Shown here in pieces: positions 37,365 to 51,854 of a stretch of DNA of 64,000 bases. Source of the stretch: Phoronis australis (lineage: Eukaryota; Animalia; Phoronida). The notes below the pieces were generated by a model. The model was not told the origin of the DNA. It worked only from the letters and a program-made list of their open reading frames with translations, and made no database searches. The stretch spans positions 62,001 through 126,000 of the forward strand of contig NMRA01000671.1 in assembly GCA_002633005.1 (NCBI GenBank), given 5' to 3'. The position numbers and the translations under genes were made by a program. The stretch's first letter is position 1, and the number at the start of each line of letters is the position of its first letter.

Positions 37365-40144
37365 AAGGGGACTGTAGTCAAAATAATATTGCAGTTAATC
37401 GGTTTTAACATACAAATAAAACTCACATTTGCCTGACTTGCATGCCAAACAAAAGCCGATTCGTATTGACGGTCAAAACACTAAATCCTTGAAAGCGATC
37501 GCTGATTGGCTGATGTGTCAGTGACGGGAATGGCGAGGTGTCGGCTGCTTTACACATGCATTGCTTATGTCATATTTGAAGAGTTTACATCGTAATTTAT
37601 CATTGTATCAATCGTCCTTATTTTTTGTTAATTGCCACAGTGCTGTAAAAGGTTCGCTATGCCTTTTTGTATGGCTGTATGACACCGCGTTGCTCAAACT
37701 CTTCGAAAAAGTTGTCTTCTAAAGGAATGGCCATCGCATACACTTGGTGTATAGTACACGCTAGTACATGTTGGCATACACTTGGTGTATAGTAGTACAC
37801 GCTAGTGTTGGCTAGCACAGTAAATGGAAAGTCCAACTTTTAATTCCATTACCGCTCGATGGTTTTTATTTTGTTACGAATCAACAAGTACACATAGTGT
37901 ACCTAATTATCGGACGGAACCTAAATATCGGACATTTCAAAAAATCTTACTTGAAGCATAATCTGAGAATTAAATGACACCAATTGTTGTTCCGTTGTAA
38001 TGCAGTCAATGTCCGGCACCGTCTCGTTTTTTACAGCGTTGCCTCGTTTTGATTTCACCGAGAGAGGGTGCAATTTAGACCCCCAAGTCGGCCTAAAATG
38101 GACGATCGCATAAATCGGTTATAAAAGTTGAAAATAAAATCTTTTTCCACAATGAAACTTTCTCATTGAACTGACAATATGTTACTGTTCCATTTTTTCA
38201 TTTGTTTTAAACTCAAGTCAAACCCCGACCGCGCACGTGCGGGTGTCATATCAAGAAGCCAAAGTGATAATAAAAACTGCAGTGATTTTGCACGTGCTTT
38301 AGTCGTCTGCACTAATTCATCGAAATGACTTGGCACCGTCATCAGATTTCATTTTATGGATAATTTTGTTGCGAATGGACCTGTGTTCTAGCAGCATATA
38401 TGTCAAAACACTCGAGCTGAAATTTGGCTACAAGGTGCCAGCGGCCATTACGTGGTTAGTCAGTTTTCCGCGGTGTGGCGTATGGGGAAACATGGTGTCC
38501 GATATTTAGGTTCTCCGAAGGTTTGCTTGTTGTGTTCAGTCGGAACATAAATGTGGCTTTCGGTGACAAGATATAGTAACACAACAATTCTATAAAGGTA
38601 ATTCTTTATTTCAGCAAAGAATTTACAACAATCCGTAGTATTTTGAATTAAATATAATGCAAAATGTGCCAAAACGTCCGATAATTAGGTCACTTGACTG
38701 TAGATGATGAGTTTCTAGCGATCTACTTATACGCACGTTGTGAAAATTTATCTGATGAATATTATCACAGCTCGTTACTTTGATACCAGAGACCCCTATC
38801 CTCAATTCACGACACCAGTGAGCAAAGGCTAGTGTGATCATGTACTTCGCCGGAAACGCATACATGTACCATCGCCGGGTTACCCAAGCCTTGGCCCATA
38901 GCTGTATACTAAATATAGGCCAACAGGTTTGAGCCGATATAGGTAAAAAACGGATAAATAAATTCTGACTCAAAATTAATGTCATTAAAACTAAGATCAT
39001 CCTTGAGTAAACTTATTAACCAAGTTCCTAGAGTAAACAAACTTCAGTATTTACCGGTGTTGGAAAAGTTAGTGATCGTTCATCGGCTGCTGCTAAAAAT
39101 GTGATGTGTTCTCTTGAGTTGGCTTTTGCGGTTACGTCACCTGACCTTTACCAGTTTCTTTTTCCCTGATTCTTTTATTAAGTGTTCGTCGCTGCCGGTA
39201 CCTAGGTTGCATACATGTTGCAATAAATTATCGGAACTTGTTTCATTTTGTTACAAGTTTTTAGTATTTTTATACCAGAAAACCGAATTTCAAAACAATC
39301 TTGGTGCTGCGAAGCTGTCATCATGTCCGGGCCGAAAGACGCCTCAAAGTATAGGAAATGGCGCGTGCGCCGTGTCACGAGCGTGCTGTTTTTGAAACGT
39401 ACGACACTTCTTTGTTACAAAAGGCGGCAACTTATGCTACCAGATGACGTTTATTTGATTGTTTTCCACATAAACGGCTGCAATGAACAATGTGAGTGTC
39501 GGTGTATACCAGATTTTTCATGAACCTCCCTCCGGTACGTTAGCTTTATATGTTGATGTAGCCTAAGTTTTACGACGATGTGACGAGCATAAGTCAACTA
39601 TACCCGGGTAGTCAACGGTTGTCTGAAATTTTGGGGTTAACAGAGCACAGCACACAGTGGTACGATAGGCTTCATACAGCTATATAGTCGGTAGCTTACC
39701 AACCCTTCAAATTTACAGAGTTGAGTATTGGCTGGCAGCTGGCTGACTGCCTGGCTAGAGTCCACATTGTCCACGGCACAGCCACACCAGTGTAAATTGT
39801 TGATACGGACTGGTTGCACCGGCAAATTTTCGTCTGACGATGACGATGACTGGGTATCACTTTGTGTTGCCTCGGCTCAAACAGGTATACCTGGTGACCT
39901 GACATTTCACACTAAAATTTCTTATTCCGACAATATGAAAAACGCAACTTGACTGCACGTTAACACAGGACAGTGACTTTGCCCCCGCCAAATACGTCAC
40001 GAGACGCAGCGCTCCAAGGCGGTAATATTTTTAGCTTCGTTAGAGAATATATCTTTACTTTTTGTTGTTGAATTATTTGTGAAATTATTCAACAATTCAT
40101 AGAGAACTATCCAGAATTTGTTCAGAATAAAATACAGTTCCCTT
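37365..40144. mobile_element. Kolobok-like non-autonomous DNA transposon
   Basis: TTAA on both sides (37361-37364, 40145-40148); TIR AAGGGGACTGTA / TACAGTTCCCTT (11 of 12). RR..YY ends with TTAA fit Kolobok. Confidence 0.65.
37891..38700. mobile_element. Tc1/mariner (pogo-like) MITE nested in the Kolobok-like element
   Basis: TA on both sides; CA...TG ends; inverted ACCTAATTATCGGACG / CGTCCGATAATTAGGT; internal inverted copy GAACCTAAATATCGGACA. Confidence 0.75.
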
Positions 40145-43100
40145 TTAAGCGAGCATCTGGAGTTTACGTCTTTCACAATTACTTATTTTCATAGGTGTCA
40201 TTTAAGAAGTGTGTGTAGTTGCCTCGCGTTTCCAGTCCAGCCATAGTAATCTCAATAGCACTCAGCTATTAGCATCCTGCTTCTAGGTCCGGGAATTTAC
40301 AGATCTTACGACACGTCTTATTGAATCAAAGACAATGTGCAGATGAAGAAAAGTGCTACAGTTTTCGATTTGGCTCACACCCCAGGGTGGCAACTATTAG
40401 TTGTTACCAGGACACAACTATCGACCTCGAGTGCCACAGAACGACTGGTGCTACACAACAATGGGGCCGCTTTCGTGTCGCCTGGAGTTTCACGTTTTGT
40501 GTTGTTTTCTTATTCTTCACAAGTTTTACTTAATTCGATTGCATTACTCTCTTCGTCCTTCCCATGACAATGAATTATTACTGCTATGCTGCCGGGTGCA
40601 ACACCAACGTCTTTCCCACATCAATGATTGACACAAAATTGTGCATAATTTCCAAATCTAGGTCGCTTTCTTATCTCGTGGAAAAGGAGAGCTTTATAGG
40701 CGTGTAATTCGGGACGGTTCTAATAGGTCATATCTTCCGCAAGAAGTGGTTTCCATAGAAAATATTATAATTCAATTGTTTTATGAAAATTTCCATATTT
40801 TTGGAATGGAATGCGGTAGAGACACTATTCCCCAACCATCATATGCGCTGACAATTGATAAGAAATAGAATTTTAAATTTGTTCAGAAACTGATTGAAAC
40901 TTCATTAATGCCACGAGGTGTGCAATTTAGAAGACTGAAATTGCGAACGTTAAAATTTCCAGTGATTTTGCAATGAATGTATTTGACGCATGATGAGAAA
41001 TTTTTAAAACGAGACTTGCGAAATTTGAAATTAAAATCAATTGTTCACGTTATACCTTTTAAGTCACATTAGAGTTCCAACACCGTGATTTCGATATAAG
41101 CAAAAATGATATTTGGCCGTTTCTTTATTATAAGTGTTGGTCAACGTTATTAATTAAGTCACCGTTCTTAGAATTAAGTTTAATTCCCGTTCACTCCGCA
41201 GTCTAGACCATGCCGGTTTACTTTGGCCCAATATCAATCTTTTTTGTTATTCATCAGACTCGGTCTTTTGTGCGATGTCACGACTCAAACGCCAATTATC
41301 TCCAACGCTGAGTGACTCGAAACCGGTGTCAAGAAATAAAAATTCATCGCAGTGTTTTGGCCCATTTTTGTAATATATCTTCCGCAAATGATTTCGTGTA
41401 CACTATCATTTCACGGGGAATTCAATTTTAGAAGCCAAATACATGTACCTTACATAATTACCAATTTCTGTTTTTAACTTTTCAAGTAACTTCAGCGAAT
41501 ATCTTATTGCGTGAAGACATCGCTAATGGAATAATTGCTCAGTACAACACAATAGGAGCTCAGGTCAGAAATGGAAATGTCAGGGGCCGACAGACAGGTT
41601 GTCTCGGCAGTTGATATAGAGAATCAGTATCCAACTACAACATAGCTCTGAACGGCCCGTATTCCTAATGAGTGTTAGAGAGTAACATGGAAATCGCTAT
41701 CAGGGTATGCTTGGTGTTTATTCTGTTTCGTGAAACAAGACGGATGAAACGCCCTCTACAGCACATGTACGACGTTACAACTTAAGTAAGGCAAAATTCT
41801 GCCAGCGTTACTGATAGCAACCCGTTGCCTCCGCACATTGTTTGCGCCAGTGCATTCTATGGCATTTGCACTGCGTCAAGAGCTCCTGGTACCCAATAAT
41901 TTCCACTCTGAGGGGAAACCAAAGTTACAAACGTAGTCTGGCTCCCTGACTACGAAATATGTTAGAGCTTGGCATTGTTTATATATGTATCTAAGAGTGA
42001 CATTAAACTATATTTACATTTGCATGACATCTACATGTAGGTCGACACACTGGAATTTTTTTGGAGTATAATAAATGCACTTCATATTTCTATTATTTAA
42101 TTGTTGTTTCATCATTGATATGTTTGTTGATCCGCAAGCCGGTATTCCGAAGAGTTTTAGTAGTAGTCCGATTTATCTTAATTTTTAAAATTTTGTGAAT
42201 TCCTTTTTCCATGGGTAACTGTTCCGATGGGTCGATTGCACGATTTGAACAAGGTACTACAGAGTAAAAGAAAAAAGTGATTAGCAATGTTTAATCACTT
42301 GGTTATGTATGGCACGGCAGAATAAAGGTATTTCACTTCAGCTTCAGGAACGTTTTTATGATGGGCGTGGAGTATTTTATTATATCGTGGTTTTCCTTGC
42401 CGACAATTATTTACGCAAATGACCGACTCTATTTCTGTGCAAATAAAAATGTTTTAAACACTTTATCTGTGGTATTAAAATACCACATACGGGTAATAGT
42501 TATTCATTTTACCGCCTTTATTCGAGTTTCAACTCCGCTGCCGAAGCTCGAAGCGTCGCCACTTTTTTGACTATTAGAACGTCGTTCTGTTGATTGTAGG
42601 AAGTTCGAACCCATGACCTTTTAATCGGGCTGTCAAGCCGACACTATATGGGTTACATTTTTTAACAGTTTACAAACTTGATGTCGCGTCAAAATACAAT
42701 AAGATAGGGAATGCTCCAGCTTTAGTTAATGCAAAAATTCACAAACATTCCAAAACCCATAACAATGTGAAGTGTCTTTTTACATTTTCTTATGAGTTCG
42801 AAGAAAACCAACAAACAGTTACGGCATACATGTAGTCACGTACGTTCAATCTCCGCCTCTTGGTTTTCAAGTCTTTTGTAATTTTGAAGGTTGGTCTTGA
42901 CTAAGTCTTGTAAGAAGGCCAGGTTAAGACATACGATGGAAATTACCTTGATGAGATGTTGAACACATTCTTTCGTAAAATCAACACTAAAGTTTTTCTT
43001 TGTGATATTTGGATATGACGAGAATGGTGAGAACATGAGCTCCAAGCTCAGTACTGTTACGCTCTCTCCCTATCTCCTTTATTACGAGAACTTTGTCTTT

Positions 43101-44728
43101 CGTGTGGTCCTTCCAAGTTTTAAACGCTGTGCCCAAGTCACAGGTCACAATGAAGAGGCTTTTAAAAATCTGCTTATGCCAAGGAGTTTTCAGGTCAAAT
43201 GAAGACGTTTTTAATAGGGCCTGGGCGAATCGCAGGTTCTCGTACATGGCTTCTTTATCGAAAGCTTCGAAGTCACCCTTAAGTTCAACAAGAATCTCTC
43301 TATTTTCATCCGGGTCAAGTGCTCTGAATATGTCATTGCTTTAAAATGGAAATCTAAGTAACAATTTATTACCGTTTCAGTGTTAATACGACACACTCCA
43401 ATTCGTGTACTGAAATTTTCAGTTAAATTGATCCAAGTCGTGCTCAAAATCACCCGACTATCTTTTATTTCCTCAGAACTTCCTCAAACATTTTGCCAAC
43501 TTTTGTAAAATGGAAAAATGCCACGTAACTTGTGTCAGATCACTTTTGAGAAAAAGTAGTTTGAAGACAGATGCATAAAATATGTGTAGCTTTGTAGGCC
43601 TGTGTATATTAACAATATGGCTTCTCGTTGAGGTAAGCATAATTGTCAGGGTATTTAAAGATGATATGTCTCATTAAATTGTGAATATGCAAAACAACCA
43701 ATGGTCTTCCGGTGTCCACGGCCAGAAACTATCCGAAAGCCAGTTACCGCGACAATTTCGCAAAAGTCTCGTTTTGCAGCACTATGTATTTGTAAATGAG
43801 TAATATGTCATCGTTACCCAAATAAAACAAGGCACAGTTTTTACTATTTGCTCATTTTACTGTCAAATAATGATATCGTGATACTATGAGGTTACTAAGG
43901 TTAGTTTGTTTGCGCATGTATTTCAGTGCATCAGTTACATGCACGGGTTTTTCAAAACTGGAATTTATTTAAAAATTGTTCCTTTTTCTGATTAGACTTG
44001 CTCTCGCAGTTTTCCATGGGGTCAGAAGGTGGTGTTTCTACAAATATAATATCCACGGTTTTAATGACACATAGCATCTTTAAAGTACGGCCACGTCATA
44101 CTGTATTGCTTCTTATCGCTTCTTACTTGTCTCGAACTTAGACATTTTTGTTTCATAACAAGCCATCAACTGGATATGTCAAGTACAAACCCGAACAATT
44201 CAACAAGATTACAACAAATGACGATTCACGCTCTCTTGCCCCGTGGTACAACAGCGTTCGAAACTTAGTGACGTCACCGATTGAGGTGTATAGACTTTGT
44301 ACAGGGGATTTCCCATTGAACTATTCATTTACCATTGAGGGTATATTTACGCTCACCACATCCCCGTTCATTTGCAGTCCCGCAAAGCTCTCAGATGTGC
44401 GCTGATAGCTAATCACTACGGTCGGTTTAAACTTGACACTATTGTCTTCTAAAGCGGAATGGCAGCATCAAAGTTGGGATTCAGTTTGCTGTTTATGATT
44501 AACTGCTGCGTTCTGACCCCTACTCCAAGTAAGTATTTACCATCCACAAAATACGTACTTTATAAATTAAAACTTCATTGTTCGGTAGCTTTCAAAATAG
44601 ATATAAGCAGAGGTCGACGTAATTTTGTCAAGTTCTGCCAAACTTGGACGAACCTATTTTAGAAACTTGACTAGGAAGTTGTTTTGCAGTAGAATGGACA
44701 TTTTGTCGAGCTCTAATCAGTGATAACT

Positions 44729-45561
44729 GAGATACTTCTAAAACCCACTCGACCCCCACACCCCACGTCCCTCTCGAGCATTGACCTCCTCGACCCACAA
44801 CCTGCGACCCCCACGACCTACAACCCCCTCAACCCAGTATACATGAGCTGGACTCATTCTGAAGATACAAAAAGCGCTGACTTGCAGGACCAATGAATTG
44901 TGGGCCGTGAGCCCAGCTGGTTTTTCCCTATTTTTGCAATTAAGAGAATTGATTCGGCAAGTTTAAAAGCCAAAGACAAAAAAAAAAAAACAACGACCAA
45001 GTCAAATGAAAGATCTACCAACGTTGAAATGTCGTTCCCGGCAGATTCTAATCGTCTCGTCTGCTCTTCAGTGAATGGCAGATTCAAACTTTTTACTGAG
45101 AGTGGCCAGGAGGAAGAGGCAAAACTGTGATTTCATCAGTAAATACAGTTTGAAAAAACCAACTGTCAACTAAAAAGTAATTCAACGTAATATTGTAAAC
45201 GAGTATTAAGCAGAAAGCAAGTTATAAAAATGTGAAATTATGTACCTTGACGTTGACTTGCCATTTGTAGCCGCTCGTGTACCTATTTCCGTGGCAACGA
45301 TAGCGCGGTTACAATGCGCTATTTCAGATCACGTTCTAGCGTCACTTTCTGTTTTAATCACCAGACTTCAGCTGGAGCAGACTCGCGTGTAGGTATGTCT
45401 TATGGAAAAGTCACTCAGCGATGTAATAAGAATATGAAATATGTAAAAAGCGCAAAAGACCTCTGTTGCCACAGGTCGTGAGACCTGGGGTTGTGGTTCG
45501 AGAGGGTCGTGGGTCGAGGGAAGTGGGGGTCGAGGGGATCGAGGGGGTTTAGAACAATCCG
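44729..45561. mobile_element. MITE with short CGACCC / GGGTCG subterminal repeats
   Basis: TTCTAAAACCC..CTCGACCCC left arm is inverted at GGGGTCGAG..GGGGTTTAGAA. Ends approximate. Confidence 0.55.
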
Positions 45562-47754
45562 TGCTTATTGTGATGTTATTGTCTAATTCTGTATTTGTAT
45601 AGAGTTTTGCGAGGTAAGTTGTTGCAATTTCGACAACTGCGTGGAGTCACACCTGCCAAGCTATATTGAGTCGTGCTCACGTCTAAAAAATGATTGCTTT
45701 TTATGCGTGGAAGGCGACGCCGCTCTGTTTACTTTGAAAACTACTGTAATGGAAAACCATTAATTGCCTATGCTCAGTTAACCGCTATGTTTAGTAAGAA
45801 GAATACCACGTAGAGTAGAAAGAACTAGAAAGCAATAACACATAAGTCCATTGCAAATAACATTATAGGAATACTATACAAATTTGACAACTAAACCTAT
45901 AGACAAACCGGTACGAACCAGATACCCTTATTCACACCTGTAGAAAAATAGGCTCTCGAAATGTGGGGCCACTGTAAGTGAAAATTCTCTGAAAACCTAG
46001 TGTGGGCCTCCTTGCGCTGTGGCGTGCCAGTCTGTTCTATGAACTCGCTAACTAAGTAAATTTCCCGACGCCGATGAGGTTGATTAACATCACCTGAATT
46101 ATTCTAAGTGTTTCTAATTCGGAAACATTTTATTGCACGCCGCGAGTAACCGGTATGATGTGTAAGTCTTTCGGATGACTGAGCATCGTGACACCCGGCC
46201 CAATTCAAGCGAATTAACCACAAAGTAATATTCAATACCGTGAGAAAATTTTGTGTATTACACTCCATTACAGCGTCCTGTCGTTCAGTAACTTTTCCAG
46301 ACGTGGGGGTTGATGAACGTGCGATAATATCTGGCTTAATTTAACTTTCATTTTATCAGCCCACCCCAGTCAGGCTAGATACGATCTGATCGGAAATTAG
46401 AGCAATTATCAAACAAAAGAGCGCAAGCCCTCCAACCATCAACGCCAGAATGGAGTTAATTGGCTAGGGGGGTAAACTTCCCAACTTGTTGTTGGGCTAT
46501 CCAGTCGAACAAGTTGGGAACAACGGGATGTCGCCGTCATGCTTTCTCAGTGCTCCATGCACTGTCTCTTATCTGATTTGTATATCAGGCTCTATTGTCC
46601 CTGCATTAACTTTCATACTAAAGGCTATGTTTACACTGTGCCTTTTACGTAACAATAGGTATACATTTGCTTGTCAACGAAAGCCAATCTGTCCCAACTG
46701 ATGAAGTCACCAAGCGTAGATACATGCATTTCAGTTGGCAGTGTTTTAAGTTCCTGTTTGTAAATATACATGTACCACGTCATTTCGCTCATATAACATG
46801 AGGCACGCTTATCCGAAGTAAGTGATGTTTACATACTATTTGAAGTTTAAGCATTCAGTGAGAAGTAAATCGCGAATGACTGGTTTGCAAGCACCATAAT
46901 TATATCTGGAGCTTGAAACAGACCATAACAAAATTTTAAGAAAAATACCTTTGCACTTCAACTCTGTAACGGCCACCTATATTGTTTTTGCATGACGTCC
47001 CAATCAGTTCATGTTGGAGGACACGTTTTTAGTATGGTTGTGGACCTAGGACGCAGTTCTTAGCCCAATGCTAGTTAGGCAACACGTAGCGACTAGGTTG
47101 ACCGGTTGGGAGCAAAAATACTTCCCATCGAGTTCTATGCTAATTTCGTACCATGCACTTTAAATGGGCGGTAAGCTGCACAACTGTTCGGGGAATGTTT
47201 CAACTTTTATATTCCCTGATTGATTTTGTCTAAGTTTCAGACCAAGTTTTGTTATTTTTAATGGTACAGTGCTATAATTCGTATATTCCACAAACTGAAA
47301 AATCTTATATATATATANATTTCGGAGTAGTAGGGTAGGAGGTCAACAAATATGCGACTTTTTAAAAATTTTGTTCAACAACACTCAAAATTTGATTTAA
47401 AATTAAATGGTTTCAGTTTAGATTGTTAAGACTATTGTCTGTTTTTGAAAACTATAAAAGTTAAGGAAAACGGTGGGACATTAAAACACTATTTTTGGAA
47501 GTGTGGTTACATTAAGAAAATTTGGATTTATCTTAACCCCCAGGTTATTGATTAGTGTGCTGGTTATTATGTTGACACTCTCCTACAAAACAGTAATCTT
47601 TGGTAAAGACGACAAGCTAGTATTACTGACTGACATATTACTATTTTTCGGAAAACATTTTATCTTTATTTCTAAGCGTAAAGACCGAAGTTTGTGTTTT
47701 AACGGCTTTTTAAATACTGTCAGTCACTTTTACAACTATGAAAAGTATAGACCC

Positions 47755-48435
47755 TAAGGAGAAAATTCCTACGGGTCTACGGTCCAGGGTAGTGTACGAA
47801 TTTATCTGTGCTGTATGTGTCCTCAGTTATATAGGCGAAAGTGTTCGCCATTTGAAAACCAGGACCAGGGAACATCTAAATCCTAACTGAGGTTCACATG
47901 TAAACATTCATGTACAGAGATCAAATCATTGTTATCAGCAATGATTTTTCAACGACTTTGCAATAATTGACAGAGCAAAAACAACAAACTACTTAAAATA
48001 CGTGAGACTCTACACATCAATTGGTGCAAGCCCAATAGAACTATCGCCAGGACTTTGAGTGACGGCTTAACTGACCAGTCAGAACGCATCATTCTCGACA
48101 CACCGTTGTTTCCAAGCCGCCATTTTACCCGACAAACAACACGTTGCCGTGTAAAACTTGTTGTTTGTTTGTCAACATTACGCAAGAGGGCGGAGCTTGC
48201 GATAGGTCAAATTGAATAGGCAACTGTCACACCACAGGTTGTCATTGTTGGTCTAGTGTATTGTCACTTCGTGTAACTGACGGTGTGTCTTCCATCGCTT
48301 GTTACTGGGACTAACAAGGTGTCCACTATATTCTCTCTTCTGATGATTGTGTTTGAATAAATGACACCGAAACATGTCAAGTCAATTTAAAATCGTTGTT
48401 GTTTTTATGGATATATACCCTGTATAAATTCAAGT
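47755..48435 (+). mobile_element. 5'-truncated Penelope-like retroelement (GIY-YIG endonuclease relic and 3' region)
   Basis: KEKIPTGLRSRVVYEFICAVCVLSYIGESVRHLKTRTREHL then stop; downstream FAIIDRA..LKIRETLHINWCKP. Confidence 0.85.
48337..48381 (+). ncRNA. Minimal type I hammerhead ribozyme-like motif of a Penelope element, probably degenerate
   Basis: CTT-CTGATGA-stem II (GTGT..ACAC)-GAAA-CAT-GTC-AAG; stem I CTT/AAG; palindromic ACATGT stem III; T-C mismatch at the base of stem II. Confidence 0.6.
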
Positions 48436-49146
48436 GCGTAAAACATTAAAAAAATTGGAAAAACTTGAAACCTTTTTCATAACATGATGTGCGATCTTGT
48501 TCGTAAGGGTGTGATTGGTGTTAGTTTTTGTTTCACGTTTTTGCAACAGCGATATTTTGTATTGTCAAGTGGTAAATTTCCAATAAATGGTTAGCAAAAT
48601 GAACGTAAGCCAATTTCTTGAAACTCCGACAGGCCCCTGGACTACACCTGATAACACCTGCAGTACGTCTGCGAACTATCTTTTGTCTGGTATAAAAACA
48701 GGCTTAAGAGAGTTATTGGAGCAAGCAAAACTACTGCAAAGCTGCTGTTATTCAATGTTATGTTGTTTCGGTTTGCTGAAAAGCATTGGCAATGAGACTT
48801 GTTCCACAATGGAGTTAGTCAATCGTCAAACATAATGTCTGCGTTGGTGCACCAGCCAACGTGTTTGTTTGATTTCCGATCGAACAGAACGGGTTAACAA
48901 GCGACTGCCCTACTGTTTGTCTTAAAAAACTTTCCCCAGATTGTGACAATATCCTTACAAAATACACATCACTACGGTATCCTAAACACATCGGAAACAC
49001 ATGACGCTGACAGCACCGGGGTCCACGTTATTGCGGGGTACACAACGAGTATATATTCATAAAATCAGGCCCTAATGACGAAGCAAAGGGTTACATGTAT
49101 ATGTGTACATGTATATGTACTCGTATATGTTTACGTATATGTACAT

Positions 49147-51831
49147 CAGGCCCGTAGGAAGGCAAAAATTATTGGGGGGCACAAACAACCTCCCCCATCG
49201 CCACCACCTCCGCCACCCTCTGCCTTTACCCCCGTGCTCCCGATGCCACCATATTTGTACCGAATCCCCCAGGTACACACCTAGGTGGAGCCACAGTGGC
49301 GGATTTAGGGGTGGCCAAGGGGCCATGGCCCCCTAGAATTCTCACAGATTCCATTTGGCAGTTCGAGGGTACGAATTTCTGACGGGTAAAACCCTGGCTA
49401 GATACTCTGCCCAACCCCCCAACTCAAAATTATGGATCCGCCCCTGGGACAATTCCGGATATGAAGCCACCAAGAGTTGAGTATCCGAGAACCAACTCGG
49501 AGAGTAATATTGGGCTTACGGCCAGTACACTGACCGGTAGCGAGGAGCTGTCTCAAGTAGCTATACCCGAGATCTAACAGTGTGAAAATACGAAATCCCT
49601 GATGAACTAAACTAGTTGCTGGTCAGCTCAGCTGTGATTAACTGAAGACAGGCAGCTCGTACCGGCCGTCTGCGCTCGCAGTAAGGTCAAAATTCATTTT
49701 ATTGTGACCCAGTTCCGGGAAAACTTTATTTTACGATGCTCATTCTTTGAAGGAGTTTTCTTTGAAAAGGTGAGGTCCCGAAGTCCCTGGTATAGTGCCT
49801 TTGGTGCTGTTTCAAAATGCCTAGTTGAAACACGAAACGTTAGTCCAGTTTCTGGTGGCTGGGGAAAAGGACAGTGTGTCACAAAAATTACACTTCCTAA
49901 ACGCCTGGAGTTCAAATTCAGTTGCCGTGGATCACTGAGATTCTGCGCGGGCCTACTGCATTGTTACATCTTATTTTTATCGTGGCAACGTCACTCATGA
50001 CGTGCACTACGTGAATCAGGACAACCAATGAATTCAGTTTTGACTTGACAAAAAATTAATTGCTCAATACTACTGGAAACTAAAAACATCAAGGAAGTGC
50101 AAAGACAACCTTTCCAAGCAATGAGTTAAATTTCATGATTTTTAAAACACATTTTCTAACTACGGTTTGAGAGTCCAAATTTCATCAATGTCTGAGAGTT
50201 ATTTAGGTATGCAAAAATCGTCCATAAGTGCACTTTACTATTTAAGGATCGGATTATAGTATTTCCAACTTCAGGCTGCAATTAAATTCAATGAAACATC
50301 ATCAATTCTTACAACATTACCTTTTAATTATCAAAAATCATCTATGAATCTATCGATTTTCGTAGACACATAATCAAGTAAATCAGAAACAAATGAATTT
50401 GTTTATCAAAATGGAATGTTATAGCAATTTCTGGGAGGAATATGGGAGATGGGGCATTCGTATTAAGGTGTATTTTTTCACACTTCAGAGCTACATGTAC
50501 CTATAACGGTTAACGAGGTAAACCTGAAATCCGCTGACAAAAAAACTGAAATCTTTGTTTATGATTGCGAGAGTTCTTTGACTACCCCTTTCGACATGTG
50601 CATCGTAAATAGCCTAGACAGCAGTGTTTTCCACATGTGGGAATTCCTTACAAACAACTCACAGTAACCATCTTCAAAAGAGGTACTATTATTGTGATAC
50701 TACGGGAAACAGCAACACTCTATTTTATAATTAACCATTGGAAATAATCCCTTTGTGTAATTCACAAACAGTGGCATTCACGTTCTTCAAAATTCCACCC
50801 TTTCGATGGCGGCAATCCTTCTGTATTAATTTTGGTTGCTTGGGTCGAATGGCTGCTCTGTGCACGAATGTTTTGTGCTTTTTTGGTGAATTTTGAATCT
50901 CAACTTCCATCGTAAATACTTGGCGGCTTCGTATTTACATGTAAAGAAAGACAAAAGGACATTTCCCCCGAACTGCTCCATCGACAGAGGGTGCCGTCTG
51001 AAATGGGACACCTTAATATGACAGGCTAAACATCATTAAGATTGGAAAAAAAGAGTGACAGTGCATTCCACCGTCGTGTGGTCCCAAAACGATGGAGTGA
51101 GTGACCTCTTTCAACATGGAAGCCGGTTGCACGATTTCACAAAAACAGGAAAACAGAGGTAATCGATTCTACCGTTGGGCTCTCTCTCCGTGAGCGGCCC
51201 CTTAAGAATTTGCCAATGAAAAACCCAAATAGGGTGGCCACTTGAATGCATCAATAGACTCCTTCAAGGGCGGGGTCCCTAAATATAAAAATATCTATAT
51301 TTTCGAATATCAGGAAATGCGCAGCAATTGATGTTATCTGTCAGGTCATCAATTTTTCTCAAGCAACATACAGTTTTGAGAAAAAAAAATAAAGGGAAAG
51401 TTGTCTCCATTATCCCTTGCCAGAGAGGGACATCTGGAAAATTATATTTTTGCAATCGCAAAATTGACTTACTGGATTTAAACATCCAGTAAATTAGTAC
51501 GTTCCGCAAGAGCTTCGCTTTACAAATTTTCGAAATATATGCGTTATTGATTTGGCGCACGTCTTCAAGTGCTTTTAGACGACCTGTGCTGCAATAGCGG
51601 TGACCCGAACGACAATGTCCTGGCTAGGGTTCTCAAAAGGTAAACCATGCACTGATGCCGAGTTATTAAATGTTCTCTTGAATTTTCTCTCTTATCCGTA
51701 TTTCTGATTTTTTTCTTTTCTCGGCTGTCCCCTGCCCCACGCCTATGTCGGTTGCCACGGTTTAACCCTGACGCCTGAAATTTTTTGGGGGACCCGTGCC
51801 CCCAGCCCCCCTCCCCCTTCCTACGGCCCTG
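49147..51831. mobile_element. hAT-like non-autonomous element with a nested MITE at 49294-49446
   Basis: TIR CAGGCCCGTAGGAAGG / CCTTCCTACGGCCCTG (15 of 16); TSD not clean; nested CAGTGGCGGATTT...GGATCCGCCCCTG. Confidence 0.55.
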
Positions 51832-51854
51832 TTTATATGTATCTAAAGTTCGTA

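Noticed and set aside
39400-39700. THAP relic inside the Kolobok-like element
   Set aside because: Only a vague Cys pair; no FP or HF motifs recovered.
42836-43453. Overlapping ORFs suggesting a decayed transposase
   Set aside because: No diagnostic motif could be identified by eye.
46669-46716. Second hammerhead candidate (GAAA...TC...CTGATGA)
   Set aside because: Stems I and III cannot be formed convincingly.
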